From positions 1-64,000 of the IMG/VR virus record IMGVR_UViG_3300028048_000055: a stretch of 64,000 bases of DNA; one strand, written 5' to 3'. Of the stretch, positions 1 to 11,218 are shown in pieces (within the stretch, counting starts at the first letter, position 1; each line of letters starts with the position of its first letter). The DNA is from a virus. Lineage: Duplodnaviria; Caudoviricetes. A program made the translations under genes and the position numbers. Under the pieces are notes generated by a model. The model was not told where the DNA came from. It ran no database searches and saw nothing but the letters and a program-made list of their open reading frames with translations.

Positions 1-180
1 TTTGGGTTGATTCATTCAATTTATATTACATTAGTCGGATTTCCAATTTTTTATAATTTGTTCTTTTTAGATAGAATTTGCTATCCGGAAATTTATAGAA
101 ATGTAAAAAAGGAAAAAGAAAAAGAATTGGAAAACCTTTATAAAAAGTTTAATGATTATCATAAGAAGAGAGGTTCCTAA

Positions 181-468
181 ATGTTCGTATTTCTCGCTAG
201 AACAGAAAAAGTCATGGGTGAAGTTTCTTGGTTAATTGGACTGTGGGTTCTTCTTGGCATATTTATTGGTCTTATTTATTTGATTTTGTGGGGACCGAAT
301 AAAATGGATGAGACTATTCCACCATCAGAACAGCCACCAGTATTTAATATGTTTGGTGCTTATGAAGGCTATTCTGTAAAAGTAGATAGCATTACGCCGC
401 AGAAACATAAGGAAGATGAAGCGGCAAAGTTTGAATATAATGGCAAAACATATACATCGAAGTTCTAA
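181..468 (+). CDS. hypothetical membrane protein
   Basis: ORF with one hydrophobic segment, GAGG SD upstream. Confidence 0.7.
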   Translation: MFVFLARTEKVMGEVSWLIGLWVLLGIFIGLIYLILWGPNKMDETIPPSEQPPVFNMFGAYEGYSVKVDSITPQKHKEDEAAKFEYNGKTYTSKF

Positions 469-560
469 TTACCTTAATAGAATTTTCAAAATAAAATTAA
501 TCACTCGGACTTCTGGGTGATTTTTTCTATATTTGATACGAAAGTTATAAGAGGTAAAAA

Positions 561-1313
561 ATGAATTACAATATTGATTTGATTAATCTTTTGTCAGAAC
601 TTAATCCAATTCAGACACAGCTTGAATTTCAGAAGACAGATGAGAAGGTTATTCTTAAGGCCAAGGAACTCAAGGAAAGAATTGCATATAAGCTTGAAGC
701 ACCAGCAGATTATTTTGATTTTCCAGCAGAATCTTTAAGATTTTATGATTTTAAAAAGTTCTTGGATTTCTTTAATACATTTAATGTAGTTAGTAGAAAT
801 GAAGAATTGACAGATACTCCGATTCTTGATACAGTATCAACTGATGATGGTGAAATTAGTAATATCATTATTCAATCTTCCAAGGGTAAGCAACAGTTCT
901 CTTATAGAACTGGTGTTCGTGGAACAATTGACGTTCCGACATTTAATGATATTAAGATCCCTAATGTAGCTAGTTCTTTTAGTTTGAGCGAAGCACAGAT
1001 TGAACATCTTCGTAAGTTAATTAACTTAATTTATGATAATAAGAATACTCCAGGTGGTATTAAGTTTGAATGTTCTGGCGATAAGTTGAATATTGTATTA
1101 TTTAATATGGTAAGTTCTAACAAGTATGAAATTGAATATAAGCTTGATACTCCAGTCGAAAAGGATTTTGTTCTTACTATAAACCGTGAAGGTTTCTTGC
1201 TTGTTCCGCCAGCAAACTTTAAGGTTGAAATTGGTGTCAAGGGCTTGATTTTTCATATGGTTAGAGATGATAAGATTGAATTGAAGTTGGGCATTTCCTA
1301 CATGAAGGTATAA
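561..1313 (+). CDS. probable DNA polymerase sliding clamp (T4 gp45-like)
   Basis: 250 aa, 'FYDFKKFL' resembling the gp45 'IYDLNEFL' motif; located upstream of the clamp loader. Confidence 0.6.
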   Translation: MNYNIDLINLLSELNPIQTQLEFQKTDEKVILKAKELKERIAYKLEAPADYFDFPAESLRFYDFKKFLDFFNTFNVVSRNEELTDTPILDTVSTDDGEISNIIIQSSKGKQQFSYRTGVRGTIDVPTFNDIKIPNVASSFSLSEAQIEHLRKLINLIYDNKNTPGGIKFECSGDKLNIVLFNMVSSNKYEIEYKLDTPVEKDFVLTINREGFLLVPPANFKVEIGVKGLIFHMVRDDKIELKLGISYMKV

Positions 1314-1322
1314 GAGGTTATA

Positions 1323-1616
1323 ATGGTTAAAGCAGAAGATTTTTTACCACAAGATAAGAAAACAGATATTCGTTCAATAGATCCGTGGCAAGTTATTAAA
1401 GAAGCTGCAAATGCTGCAGGAATTCCGATTAAGAATCCTAAGCCAAATTGTAAGCATTGTCATGGTCGTGGTTATATAGGTCGTTATGCAGATAGTGGTG
1501 AACCTATTGCATGTAGATGTATTTTTGAACAAGAAAAAACTGACAGAGATACAACTATTGATCCACAATATATCAGACCCAGAAATAGAGCAGAACGTAG
1601 AGCCTTAAATAAATAA
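1323..1616 (+). CDS. small zinc-finger protein
   Basis: CKHCHGRG...CRC motif. Confidence 0.6.
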   Translation: MVKAEDFLPQDKKTDIRSIDPWQVIKEAANAAGIPIKNPKPNCKHCHGRGYIGRYADSGEPIACRCIFEQEKTDRDTTIDPQYIRPRNRAERRALNK

Positions 1617-1637
1617 TAATATAAGGAAATTTCGAAT

Positions 1638-2579
1638 ATGTCTATATTTGATACAAAAAACTACGTATGGGAACATGCGTACAAACCTACTCATATTAAG
1701 GATGTTATTTTACCGCAAGATTATCTTAACTTCTTTAATAAGATAATTCGTGGCGGTGCATCCATGAACTTAATACTTGCTAGCTCGACTCCTGGTTCTG
1801 GTAAGTCAACAACTGCAAGGGCATTAGCAAATGACCTTGGTTCAGAATTTTTGTTTATCAATGCATCTGATGAAAATGGTATTGAAACTATTAGAGAAAC
1901 AGTAACAAATTTTGCCTCAACTGGTTCTAATAATGGTTTACCGAAAATGATTATTTTCGATGAAGCTGATGGCATGACTCCGAAAGGACAAGAAGCTTTA
2001 AGATCTTATATCGATAAGTATCAGGATAGTTGTAGATTTATTTTAACATGTAATCATATTGCGAGAATTATCAAGCCACTTAAGGAAGAAGGTGGTAGAA
2101 CGATGGTTTTCGATTATGACTTGAAGAATCCGAAATATCTTGCAGAGCTTAGAGAAAAAGTATTTAAGCGAATGACTGGTATTCTTACTCATGAGAAGAT
2201 TCCTTATGATGAAAAAGCAGTCAATGACTTAATAGATCTTAAATTCCCGTCTGTTCGTTCTATCGTTACTACTTTACAGAAGTATGCAATGATGAAGGAC
2301 AAGATTGATTCCGATATTATTCCGTATGTTCAGATTGGCGATGAATTTAAGCAGATTGTCTTGAGCAAGAACTATACAGAATGTAGAAAATACATTAATG
2401 AACATGGCTTATATCCTGTTGATGTATTTGGCTACTTAATGGATGCGATTGTTCCTGAATGTAAGAATAAGGGCGATGCAATTACTCAGATTGCCAATTA
2501 TGAATATCAGTCCAATATGTCTTCGGATCCGTCTATTCAGATTGCCGCATGTCTGGTTAATGTATTTCAGTGTATCTAA
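1638..2579 (+). CDS. clamp loader AAA+ subunit (T4 gp44/RFC-like)
   Basis: WEHAYKP, Walker A PGSGKST, INASD, DEAD, CRFILTCN motifs. Confidence 0.93.
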   Translation: MSIFDTKNYVWEHAYKPTHIKDVILPQDYLNFFNKIIRGGASMNLILASSTPGSGKSTTARALANDLGSEFLFINASDENGIETIRETVTNFASTGSNNGLPKMIIFDEADGMTPKGQEALRSYIDKYQDSCRFILTCNHIARIIKPLKEEGGRTMVFDYDLKNPKYLAELREKVFKRMTGILTHEKIPYDEKAVNDLIDLKFPSVRSIVTTLQKYAMMKDKIDSDIIPYVQIGDEFKQIVLSKNYTECRKYINEHGLYPVDVFGYLMDAIVPECKNKGDAITQIANYEYQSNMSSDPSIQIAACLVNVFQCI

Positions 2580-2849
2580 TGTCTAGCAATTTTAGATATG
2601 ATTATACTAAATTGAATCGTAAGCAATTAAAACTTGCTTACGGTTCTGATATTGAAAACATTGAGACAGAAATAGCTAATTTAGAAAGTATACTTAATAA
2701 TAAAAAATATAAAAAATTATTTAGCAAAGATAAGTATAATGAAGTGTATTCTAAGCTAATGGATTTAAAAGCCTATCGTGATCTTTTGTTATTTGAAAGA
2801 GATACAGCATTAATTTAAGATTGACAAACATTAAATAATTTACTATATT

Positions 2850-3293
2850 ATGATGGATAAAAAGAAAATGCTTTATATATTACGTGGTGTGCCAGGGTCT
2901 GGTAAGTCTACTTATGCTAAGCAGATAATGGAGAATCGTGTAGATGCAGTCGGTGAACATTATGAAGCTGATATGTATTTTACTGATGGCGATAACTACT
3001 ACTGGTCAGCAGATAAGTTATTTTATGCTCATAAGTGGTGTTATTTCAGTGTTTGCAAAGCTATGGATAAACCGTCAAACGATTATGTAATCGTTTCAAA
3101 TACCTTTGTAACCACGAAGGATATTAAGCCTTATGTAAAGGCTGCACAGGAAAGAGGATGGGAAGTTAGTGTTTTGAGATTTTCTAATAGATTTCAAAAT
3201 GTTCATTCTGTTCCTCCTGATGTAGTCCAGAATATGTTGGATAAGTTCCAAGATTACGAAGGCGAAATAAAAATACCAATAGCTAATGTATGA
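2850..3293 (+). CDS. AAA_33 / polynucleotide kinase-like P-loop protein
   Basis: LRGVPGSGKST, VIVSNTF, NVHSVP motifs. Confidence 0.85.
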   Translation: MMDKKKMLYILRGVPGSGKSTYAKQIMENRVDAVGEHYEADMYFTDGDNYYWSADKLFYAHKWCYFSVCKAMDKPSNDYVIVSNTFVTTKDIKPYVKAAQERGWEVSVLRFSNRFQNVHSVPPDVVQNMLDKFQDYEGEIKIPIANV

Positions 3294-3883
3294 CTGAAGA
3301 AGATAAGAAAAAATTTGACTATTTGAACCAAACTTCATATTTGTTCAGATTGTCTTTAAATAGATTAGGTTTCGATATTGAACGATTTAAAATCGTCAAT
3401 TCTGAAGTCTGGCATGTTTTCTATAAGAAAGCGATTGTCGGAAGTATAACATTTAGAACTGACGAAGAAAATTTTACATATTGTAACCTTAGACTTTATA
3501 AATATTTTTCTTTGAAATTTCCAAAGATTAAAGATTTTATAATGTCTGAATATTTTGAGCTTGAAGACGGTAAAAGAGTCAGATTCTTATTTGATAAGTT
3601 TGACGAATATTTTGAAAAGATTAAAACTTGTGTTGAATCTTTTATTGTAAAGCCAGAAGCTGAAAATGAAGATTATGACGAACAAGATGATCTTAGTGAT
3701 AGTATTTCAAGATTAAAAGAATATTGCGAAGAATATGATTCTAATTTTTCGAATAATGTCATGTTCAAAGATATTCAGAATATCTTAAAAGAAAATCAGA
3801 GATTACAAGTTGAACTTAATAGAACAAATGAAGTATTAAAGAGGCAGTCAGAAAATATCTTTAATGCATTCCTTCGTGGATAA
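3290..3883 (+). CDS. hypothetical protein
   Basis: 197 aa ORF, ATGA overlap with the upstream gene. Confidence 0.7.
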   Translation: MTEEDKKKFDYLNQTSYLFRLSLNRLGFDIERFKIVNSEVWHVFYKKAIVGSITFRTDEENFTYCNLRLYKYFSLKFPKIKDFIMSEYFELEDGKRVRFLFDKFDEYFEKIKTCVESFIVKPEAENEDYDEQDDLSDSISRLKEYCEEYDSNFSNNVMFKDIQNILKENQRLQVELNRTNEVLKRQSENIFNAFLRG

Positions 3884-3964
3884 CTTAATAGAATTATTTT
3901 AGTAGAGAACGGGTTAACAAATCCGTTCTTTTTTATTATATTTGAATCATAAAAGGATTTTAAT

Positions 3965-5041
3965 ATGGCAAAGTTAAAACAAAATTATCTTGTTTTAAAG
4001 GTCGTTAAGATTGATGAAAAGAACGACCTATATGATAACATCTATAAGGTGACAGATGAGTCTGGTGAGCTTAATCTGCTCGGTTATTACGATGAAAAAC
4101 AGACTCAACCGATTTATATTCTGACGAATAAGACTGTTCTTGAATATGATTGGTCTGGTATTGCAAGCAGAGTAATGAAACAGAATAAGGAATATTGTGA
4201 CCAATTCCTTAATAAAGAACGAATTATTATCATTACTCCTGAAGCTAAGACGGAAGATCCTAGTAAGAATTATGTTATCAACGGTAATGTAATGTTTATT
4301 ACTGAATACCGTTATAATACAGAATTCAAGCAAGAAAATGTTATTCAAGAAAAGAAAGATGCACCTGAAAATAAAGTTGGCATTTTTGCTGGTATTAAGA
4401 AGGCTTTGGGTTTAAATACAACTGTAGTTAAGTCAAAAAAGTCTCAAGAAGAACAATATCAGACATTTGTCGGTGAATTAACAGAATCTGAAAAGTTTGC
4501 AGCAAAGCATGTTAAATGGGGCATTGCTTTCATGTTGCTTTTGTCTGCATTGTTTATCTATGTTCAGCATCGATATGATAATTCTTATAAGCCTACTGAA
4601 GTAACTGAAGAATTTATGCAAAAGATTACTCAGTCTACAAATAAGGTTGTTTTTGATAGTGTAAAAATTGATACGATTGCTATTCCTGAACAGCTTGCAC
4701 TTAATGAAAATCTTAATGTAACAACAGAACAGCAACGTTTTATTGATTCTTTAGCTAAGGAAAAGAGATATCAGGATAGTGTGACGCTTTATCTTAAGCT
4801 TAATAGAAAAGTAAAGGTTTCTTTGTATTCAGCTATTAATGATGGTCATACTGAAAGAACGGCTAAGACTGAAATGGTAGCAGATTCTCTTAGGTCTCAA
4901 GATATCGCACAACTTACTACAGTTATTAATAATATGACCAAGGAAATGAATAACGAACGTCTTGAAGAACTTAAGCAACAGAGATTCATTTCTCCTGGCA
5001 CAGAAGGAAACTTTGTCATAGGAATGAGTAAAGATGAATAA
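3965..5041 (+). CDS. membrane-anchored protein, paralog of 5034 and 55018
   Basis: TM segment plus shared C-terminal 'I.DG...R..K....VDS' motif. Confidence 0.7.
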   Translation: MAKLKQNYLVLKVVKIDEKNDLYDNIYKVTDESGELNLLGYYDEKQTQPIYILTNKTVLEYDWSGIASRVMKQNKEYCDQFLNKERIIIITPEAKTEDPSKNYVINGNVMFITEYRYNTEFKQENVIQEKKDAPENKVGIFAGIKKALGLNTTVVKSKKSQEEQYQTFVGELTESEKFAAKHVKWGIAFMLLLSALFIYVQHRYDNSYKPTEVTEEFMQKITQSTNKVVFDSVKIDTIAIPEQLALNENLNVTTEQQRFIDSLAKEKRYQDSVTLYLKLNRKVKVSLYSAINDGHTERTAKTEMVADSLRSQDIAQLTTVINNMTKEMNNERLEELKQQRFISPGTEGNFVIGMSKDE

Positions 5042-5729
5042 TAATGACCAATTTTGGAAAGATAAACTAACAAGGAAAACAACAGAAACAAGACCAATGG
5101 TAACATTTATGAACGATTACGAACAAAAACATTACGCAGAAGATATTTATGAAGAAAACGAAGGATGGAACGATATGCCATTTGAATTAAAAGCACTTAT
5201 TACATTGACGCTTACCTTTGCTTTTGTGGTTGGCATCTTTATTTGTCCGGTTTTAAAGCCCGATACTCCTGTTATCATTTCTGAAAAGACTACAACGACT
5301 GTCGTGGATTCTGTTTCTGCATTTGATATCAATGATAATCCTGATATTCTTGAACAACAGATGAATAAGAAGAAGCAGGAAATTGCCAACGCTAATGAAG
5401 CAATTAAGGAATTTAACGAAAAGAAGCAAAAGGCTGAAATCCTTAAGGAAAACGGTCGTGAAATTCTTGTAGTTTCTGCATTAGTTGAAGATGGTGAAAT
5501 ATCCAGGGAAATCAAGGCTGAAGCAGAAGTTGATAGTGTAACTGATGAAGCTATTGATATGTTGTCCAAGTCTTTACAGACTACACTTGATAGTATTGCT
5601 CTCGAAACGAAAGTAAAGAATTTCATTGCAATACAGTCTCTCTATGGTAATTCTAATCATGCGGAAATTCTTTCAGCTTGGCAAAATAGTCGTAGACTGA
5701 ACCGGATGACTGGAATATTGGGACTCTAG
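5034..5729 (+). CDS. membrane-anchored protein, paralog of 3965
   Basis: TM segment; 'VEDGEISREIKAEAEVDSV'. Confidence 0.7.
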   Translation: MNNNDQFWKDKLTRKTTETRPMVTFMNDYEQKHYAEDIYEENEGWNDMPFELKALITLTLTFAFVVGIFICPVLKPDTPVIISEKTTTTVVDSVSAFDINDNPDILEQQMNKKKQEIANANEAIKEFNEKKQKAEILKENGREILVVSALVEDGEISREIKAEAEVDSVTDEAIDMLSKSLQTTLDSIALETKVKNFIAIQSLYGNSNHAEILSAWQNSRRLNRMTGILGL

Positions 5730-5788
5730 TAGAACTATTGACAGTCATAACATAATTTACTATATTAATATCAAACAAAGGAGTATTA

Positions 5789-6082
5789 ATGTTTAAAAGT
5801 AATGCAATTTTCCATCTAATTATTATGCTAGTATTGAAATTCATAATGTGTTATGGACTGTCTTATGGACTGGTATCACTTTTCACACCGGCAAGTCTTA
5901 CGTTTGGAATTATCATGTTTATCGTCAGTATCATTATGATGGTTACGACTGAACCGTTTCCTTCTGAAAAAGTTCGTAATGAACTTAATAAAGAAAAAGT
6001 TGAATATATCCAGAATTATTGTATTGACCATGGGTTGTTGACTAAGCGTCAAAAAGAACGACTTGGTCTTGCCGATAACTAG
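5789..6082 (+). CDS. hypothetical membrane protein
   Basis: two hydrophobic segments, AGGAG SD, promoter upstream. Confidence 0.7.
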   Translation: MFKSNAIFHLIIMLVLKFIMCYGLSYGLVSLFTPASLTFGIIMFIVSIIMMVTTEPFPSEKVRNELNKEKVEYIQNYCIDHGLLTKRQKERLGLADN

Positions 6083-6090
6083 GAGCTAGA

Positions 6091-6627
6091 ATGAAGCAAG
6101 TTTTAATATTTTTTGGACTGTTTATAATGCTTGCCGTTGATTTCGGCTGTTATTATGGTTTAGGATATCTTGCTGCGGATAATCTCATTGTTGAAGATAA
6201 TCCAACTTATACAGATAAAGATTTATGTGAGGCTTGTGTCGAAAGCAGACTTGCTAATATAAATACTAATTATGCAGAAATTTATAGATATAAGGTCTCC
6301 AAGTTTAAGAGGCAAGAAATACAGTCTGATCTTAATTCTGTAGAAGTTGCTATTGATAGGCCAATTGCGGTTAATTATTTTGCATTACATTTTGCAATGA
6401 TTTGTACTATTATTAGTGCTGTAGTATTATTAATATTGATTATTATGGCAAGTTGTGACGAAGAATTGCAGGTTGCAACACCTTGCATATATTTAGTCAC
6501 TATGCTATTAGATATTCCAGTTTATCTAATCTGTAAAATTAAAAATAATCATCAAGAACAAAAGTTAAGACATAAAGATAGAATTATTGGAACGTTTAAC
6601 AAATTTATTAATTTTAAGGAGCAATAA
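6091..6627 (+). CDS. hypothetical membrane protein
   Basis: hydrophobic segments, AGGAG SD. Confidence 0.7.
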   Translation: MKQVLIFFGLFIMLAVDFGCYYGLGYLAADNLIVEDNPTYTDKDLCEACVESRLANINTNYAEIYRYKVSKFKRQEIQSDLNSVEVAIDRPIAVNYFALHFAMICTIISAVVLLILIIMASCDEELQVATPCIYLVTMLLDIPVYLICKIKNNHQEQKLRHKDRIIGTFNKFINFKEQ

Positions 6628-7043
6628 TGGTAGTTTCAAAAGCTATATGGATTGACAGTGATGATTTTTATCTGAGCGATCCTTTATCAATTATAAGTGT
6701 TGTTTCGCTTGTAGTAGCAGTTTGTGCTCTTATTCTTGTTCTTTGTCTTTCAGATATTGGCATTGATAATAATACTAGAATAGCACTTGAAGAAAAAAAG
6801 ACTGAATGGGCTATGGATTATTTCGATAATAAGAAATATGAAAATAAATTAGCTAAGACAATAGATGAGTTTGTTAAAACTACCAAGAATAATGCTCCTC
6901 CGACAAAGGCTGTTCCGACAACTAGGCATGCTAAAGGACCTACTTATACATGGCATAGTAATGGAACAACTGTAACAGTTACATATCCGAATGGAAATGT
7001 AATTACTGTAGAAAAAGAACTTTTACCTTATTTAAAGAATTAA
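6627..7043 (+). CDS. hypothetical membrane protein
   Basis: TM segment, stop/start overlap. Confidence 0.65.
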   Translation: MVVSKAIWIDSDDFYLSDPLSIISVVSLVVAVCALILVLCLSDIGIDNNTRIALEEKKTEWAMDYFDNKKYENKLAKTIDEFVKTTKNNAPPTKAVPTTRHAKGPTYTWHSNGTTVTVTYPNGNVITVEKELLPYLKN

Positions 7044-7044
7044 T

Positions 7045-7992
7045 ATGAATTTTGAACCAAAAATAGAATTTCCGATTGAGTTAAAGAAACCTGGAAGTAA
7101 TTATGAATGGAAACCGTTTCGTAAAGACGGTTTCTTTCTTTGCCCGTCGCATCCAGATTTTAAAGACCATCTTTATATAGCATATGACGACCGTTCTCAT
7201 AGTTATCATTTTGTGAATATGGGTGGCATGGAACCTATGGGCAAACTTTATACTTTGCCATTTACTCATTGGTTTACAAAGCCCATTAATTATGAACTTT
7301 TTAGAAATGCACGTGAATATTCATTTAAGATTAATAATGTTAAGGAAACTTTAGTTTGTACTCATGATAAACTTGAGTGGATTAGTAAAGCATGTTTAAT
7401 TAGTGAAGACAGAATGCCTATTATTGAAAAATGGTATGATGACGAAGATTTTTATCCGGTAAATTTCTGTCATGACTTTAAGTACAAGATAATGCTTGAC
7501 ATGGACGGTGTATTAACTGACTATGATTATTGGCTTGATTATAATAATGCTAGAAAGGAAAATGGTAAGACTAACTGGGGGAAGCTTGCAAAGATAGGTG
7601 CTTCTTTCTGGTCTAATATGCCATGGAACCTTGAAGGTCATAAACTTTATAACATGATTCTTAATTATGTTAAAAATCGAGATTATTATAATGGAGGCTG
7701 TGTAGGTATTGGTATTCATTCTGCAATTGGAATGCCATGCGGAAAGATCGGTAAGCATTATTGGCTTGAAAAGAATTGTCCTGAAATTACAAGGGATATG
7801 GTTAAACTTGATAATGACGGTCATTTCAAGTATAAGACTGGAGCTAAAGATGAAATCTTAGTTGATGATAGGGCTGAAAATGTTGAAACATATCAAGCTG
7901 CAGGTTTTCCTGCTGTATTGTTTGCTAATGCAGAAGAAACATTTACTAATATCATCAAGATTATAGAAGGTAAAGATGAAGCTAAAGTATAA
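7045..7992 (+). CDS. protein with C-terminal HAD 5'(3')-deoxyribonucleotidase domain
   Basis: LDMDGVLTD and LVDDR motifs. Confidence 0.8.
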   Translation: MNFEPKIEFPIELKKPGSNYEWKPFRKDGFFLCPSHPDFKDHLYIAYDDRSHSYHFVNMGGMEPMGKLYTLPFTHWFTKPINYELFRNAREYSFKINNVKETLVCTHDKLEWISKACLISEDRMPIIEKWYDDEDFYPVNFCHDFKYKIMLDMDGVLTDYDYWLDYNNARKENGKTNWGKLAKIGASFWSNMPWNLEGHKLYNMILNYVKNRDYYNGGCVGIGIHSAIGMPCGKIGKHYWLEKNCPEITRDMVKLDNDGHFKYKTGAKDEILVDDRAENVETYQAAGFPAVLFANAEETFTNIIKIIEGKDEAKV

Positions 7993-8470
7993 GAAATTAT
8001 ACAAGAATGTCCTTAAAGAATATCAGCAATTCAGTAAGTGTGCTAGACTTAAAGTTGCTGCATTATTAGTTAATGACGGTAGAATTCTTTGCTGTGGCTA
8101 TAATGGAACACCTGCTGGTCAGACTAATTGTAATGAACTGTTCAAGTCTGAAGATGGTAAGTTTTATCTTCGTGAATCGACTAATGATGATTGGCGAGAA
8201 GTTTCTGAAGCTGATTGGAAAGCAATACATCATGAATTCGCAGAACAAAATGAAATACATGCAGAAATGAATTGTATTGCGCAAGGTTTTAGACATGGTA
8301 TTAATGTTGAAAATACTAATTTAGTAATATCTTTACAACCATGTGATAATTGTGCGAAATTAATTGTAGCTTCTGGTATTAAAAATGTATATTTTGTTGA
8401 TACATATGATAGAAATACAAATTCTATTAATTATTTAATATCTAATGGAGTATCAATAGAACAAATATAA
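7976..8470 (+). CDS. dCMP deaminase
   Basis: GYNGTP, HAEMN, PCDNC zinc motifs. Confidence 0.93.
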   Translation: MKLKYKKLYKNVLKEYQQFSKCARLKVAALLVNDGRILCCGYNGTPAGQTNCNELFKSEDGKFYLRESTNDDWREVSEADWKAIHHEFAEQNEIHAEMNCIAQGFRHGINVENTNLVISLQPCDNCAKLIVASGIKNVYFVDTYDRNTNSINYLISNGVSIEQI

Positions 8471-8556
8471 TATTTAATTATAAATAATATTATAAATAAA
8501 ACAGGATAAGAAACTGGCATTTCTTATCCAAACAAACATAACAAATAGAGGTTATT

Positions 8557-9609
8557 ATGTCTGTCGTTTTATTTATAAAATGTAAAATATGTAATCGTGA
8601 TTGTAATGGTTTGCGTGGATTAGGCGCACATATAAAATCACATGGTTTAACATCAAAAAAAATATTATAATTTATATTTAAGCAAACCTACAGAAGGTTT
8701 TTGTAAATGTTGTAATAAACCAACGCAGTTTTAGATATTGGTCGTGGCTATAGAATTTATTGTAGCGATAAATGTGCTGTAAATGATCCAGATTATATAG
8801 AACGTTTACAAAATACAAAATTAGAAAAATATGGTTCTAAAACATATAGTAATAGAGAAAAAGCAAAACAGACATGTTTAGAACGATATGGGAATGCAAC
8901 ATATAATAATCCGGAAAAAATTCAAGAAACGACATTTAAACGCTACGGAGTTAAAATATATTCAACAACGGATGAATGTAAAAATAAAGTAAAAGAAACA
9001 TCATTTAAAAAATATAATAAAAATTATTATACACAAACAGATGAATATAAAAATAAATCAGCAGAGACATGTTTTAAAAAATATGGTGCTGAATATTTTA
9101 CCCAGTCAAAGCAATATAAAGAAAATGTTAAAGATTATATTAAAAAAGCACAACAAACTTGTATTACTAAATATGGTGTATCTAATATAAGTTATTTACA
9201 AGATTTTATTAAATATAAAAAATCTGTTTACAAATATAATGGATTAAATTTTGATAGTAGTTGGGAACTTGCTTATTATATTTGGTTATTAGATCATAAT
9301 ATAAATTTTGAATATCATCCTAAAATAAGTTTTGACTATATATTTGAAAATAAAAAACATAAATATTTTCCAGATTTTATAGTAAATGATAAGATAATTG
9401 AAATTAAAGGTTTACAATTTTTTAAAAATTGCGATCCAACAAATATAATGGTTTGCCCATATAATCATAAATTTGATGGATTAATGGAAGCAAAACACCA
9501 ATGTATGTTAAAAAATAATGTAACTATTTTAACAGATTGTTCAATTTATTTTGATTATATTATAGTTACATATGGTAAAGATTTTTTAAATAATTTTAGA
9601 AAAAATTAA
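8557..9609 (+). pseudogene. frameshifted Zn-finger/KYG-repeat PD-(D/E)XK homing endonuclease
   Basis: CKIC..H...H finger, repeated TC.E/KYG units, C-terminal FDSSWE..YFPDF..IEIKG; +1 indel in A8 (8655-8662) and -1 indel in T4 (8729-8732); TATAAATA motifs upstream. Confidence 0.8.
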
Positions 9610-9703
9610 ATAAGTTGACTGAATTGAAATAAACCATTTAATAAGGTATTGACAATCGAAGATAAAATTACTATATTAATGACATAAATTAAAGGAGTCA
9701 TTA

Positions 9704-10282
9704 ATGAGTTATTACAACGACGACTCTAATCCAGGTTGCTGGATTGCTTGTTTTATCGGAGCATTGATTTTATGCTTTGCATTTGCAACTTGTCAGAACT
9801 CTCTTGTCGATAGTGACCTTAATAAAGTTTCTCCTAATGCGAAGACTGAATATCTTGAGCATAACACTGAAAGTTGGGGAAATAAGTTTGTTGGCGGAAA
9901 TAGTATGAAGAAAGCTGTTTATGCTACCTATCAAGGAATCGCTAAGGAAAACGGTATTACAGTCTATGAAGCTGTAAAGCAGACTCGAGGAAAGTTTGCC
10001 GGTCAGTTTAAGACGCATTTCCGTTCTCTTGGTTCATTTTTGGCTTTACCGAATATTAGAAATGCATATCGTTCTGATGATATGGGAAAACAAGTGGTGA
10101 TTGTTCACTTTACATGGCAAGAATGTAGCGGAAGCGGTGATAATCATCATTGTTGGACTGAGCATGATGAGGTTGTTATTCCTGAGATTAATCAAAGACC
10201 TTATCAAGAACCAGAATATGATGAACCTGTTGACGGAAATGTAGATATCGACTATGAAGGTTTCGATATGGTTGTCAATTAG
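9704..10282 (+). CDS. hypothetical membrane-anchored protein
   Basis: N-terminal TM, AAGGAG SD, promoter upstream. Confidence 0.7.
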   Translation: MSYYNDDSNPGCWIACFIGALILCFAFATCQNSLVDSDLNKVSPNAKTEYLEHNTESWGNKFVGGNSMKKAVYATYQGIAKENGITVYEAVKQTRGKFAGQFKTHFRSLGSFLALPNIRNAYRSDDMGKQVVIVHFTWQECSGSGDNHHCWTEHDEVVIPEINQRPYQEPEYDEPVDGNVDIDYEGFDMVVN

Positions 10283-10362
10283 GGGTTTACAAAATCAAAA
10301 ACATTTACTATCTTTTAAACAAACAATAACGAATCATAATTCACAAAAAAGGAAAAATAAAA

Positions 10363-11004
10363 ATGAGTACAAAGTTCAGTATCTTTAAGATTTTCAAGAA
10401 GAAGCTCTCTGCTGGCCTTCAGAAGATGGTTGACACGAAGGATAAGCTTGAATATATCCGTGACCACTACCAGGATGAAGTCGATAAGTATGTCGAATCA
10501 TCTGAAGGTCTGTTGACCACAGAAAAGGCTCTTCGTGATAAGGTAAAGGAACTTGACGAAAAGGTTAACGGTCTCGAAGCTACTGCCAAGCAGTATGCTA
10601 AGGCTGGTGATAAGCAGAAGGCTAAGAGTGTGTTTATCCAGTATAATGGTACTAAGCAAGCTCTTGATTCCGCTAAGGAAAGCTACAAGCTTATCTCTGA
10701 ACAGTGCCTGAAGGTCAAGGAAAATCTCAGCAAGGTGGAAATCAATAAGCTTATGCTCAATGCCAAGATTGATTCTCTCAAGGAACAGATTGAAGTTCTC
10801 AAGCTCTCTGACTTCGATGGTGTCAACTTCAGTGCCGAATGCGATGCTATGTTGAAGGAAGTTGAAGACGAAATCAAGATGACCAAGTATCGTGTTGAAG
10901 TCAAGAAGGATATCAAGAAGATCATTAACAATGATTCTAATGATGTTCAGAAGCTTACTTCTGTCGATACGGAATTTGAAGCTTTCTTCGAAGCCAATTC
11001 CTAA
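10363..11004 (+). CDS. PspA/IM30-like coiled-coil protein
   Basis: 213 aa all-helical coiled coil with 'AKQYAKAGDKQKAK' PspA-like segment. Confidence 0.6.
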   Translation: MSTKFSIFKIFKKKLSAGLQKMVDTKDKLEYIRDHYQDEVDKYVESSEGLLTTEKALRDKVKELDEKVNGLEATAKQYAKAGDKQKAKSVFIQYNGTKQALDSAKESYKLISEQCLKVKENLSKVEINKLMLNAKIDSLKEQIEVLKLSDFDGVNFSAECDAMLKEVEDEIKMTKYRVEVKKDIKKIINNDSNDVQKLTSVDTEFEAFFEANS

Positions 11005-11218
11005 TCTGATTTGAAGAAATTCAAATAAAAATAAGGACGATCCTCTCGGGTCGTTCTTTTTCTATATTTAATTACATGTTAAAATATATTTTACTTATCT
11101 CATTTTTCTTCATTATCGGTTGTTCTGATAACACGACTAATGCTCCGATTAATGATTGTCTTGCAACCAGTGATACCACTCGTGTTTGTGGCGACACAGA
11201 ATTTTACATGTATTAATT

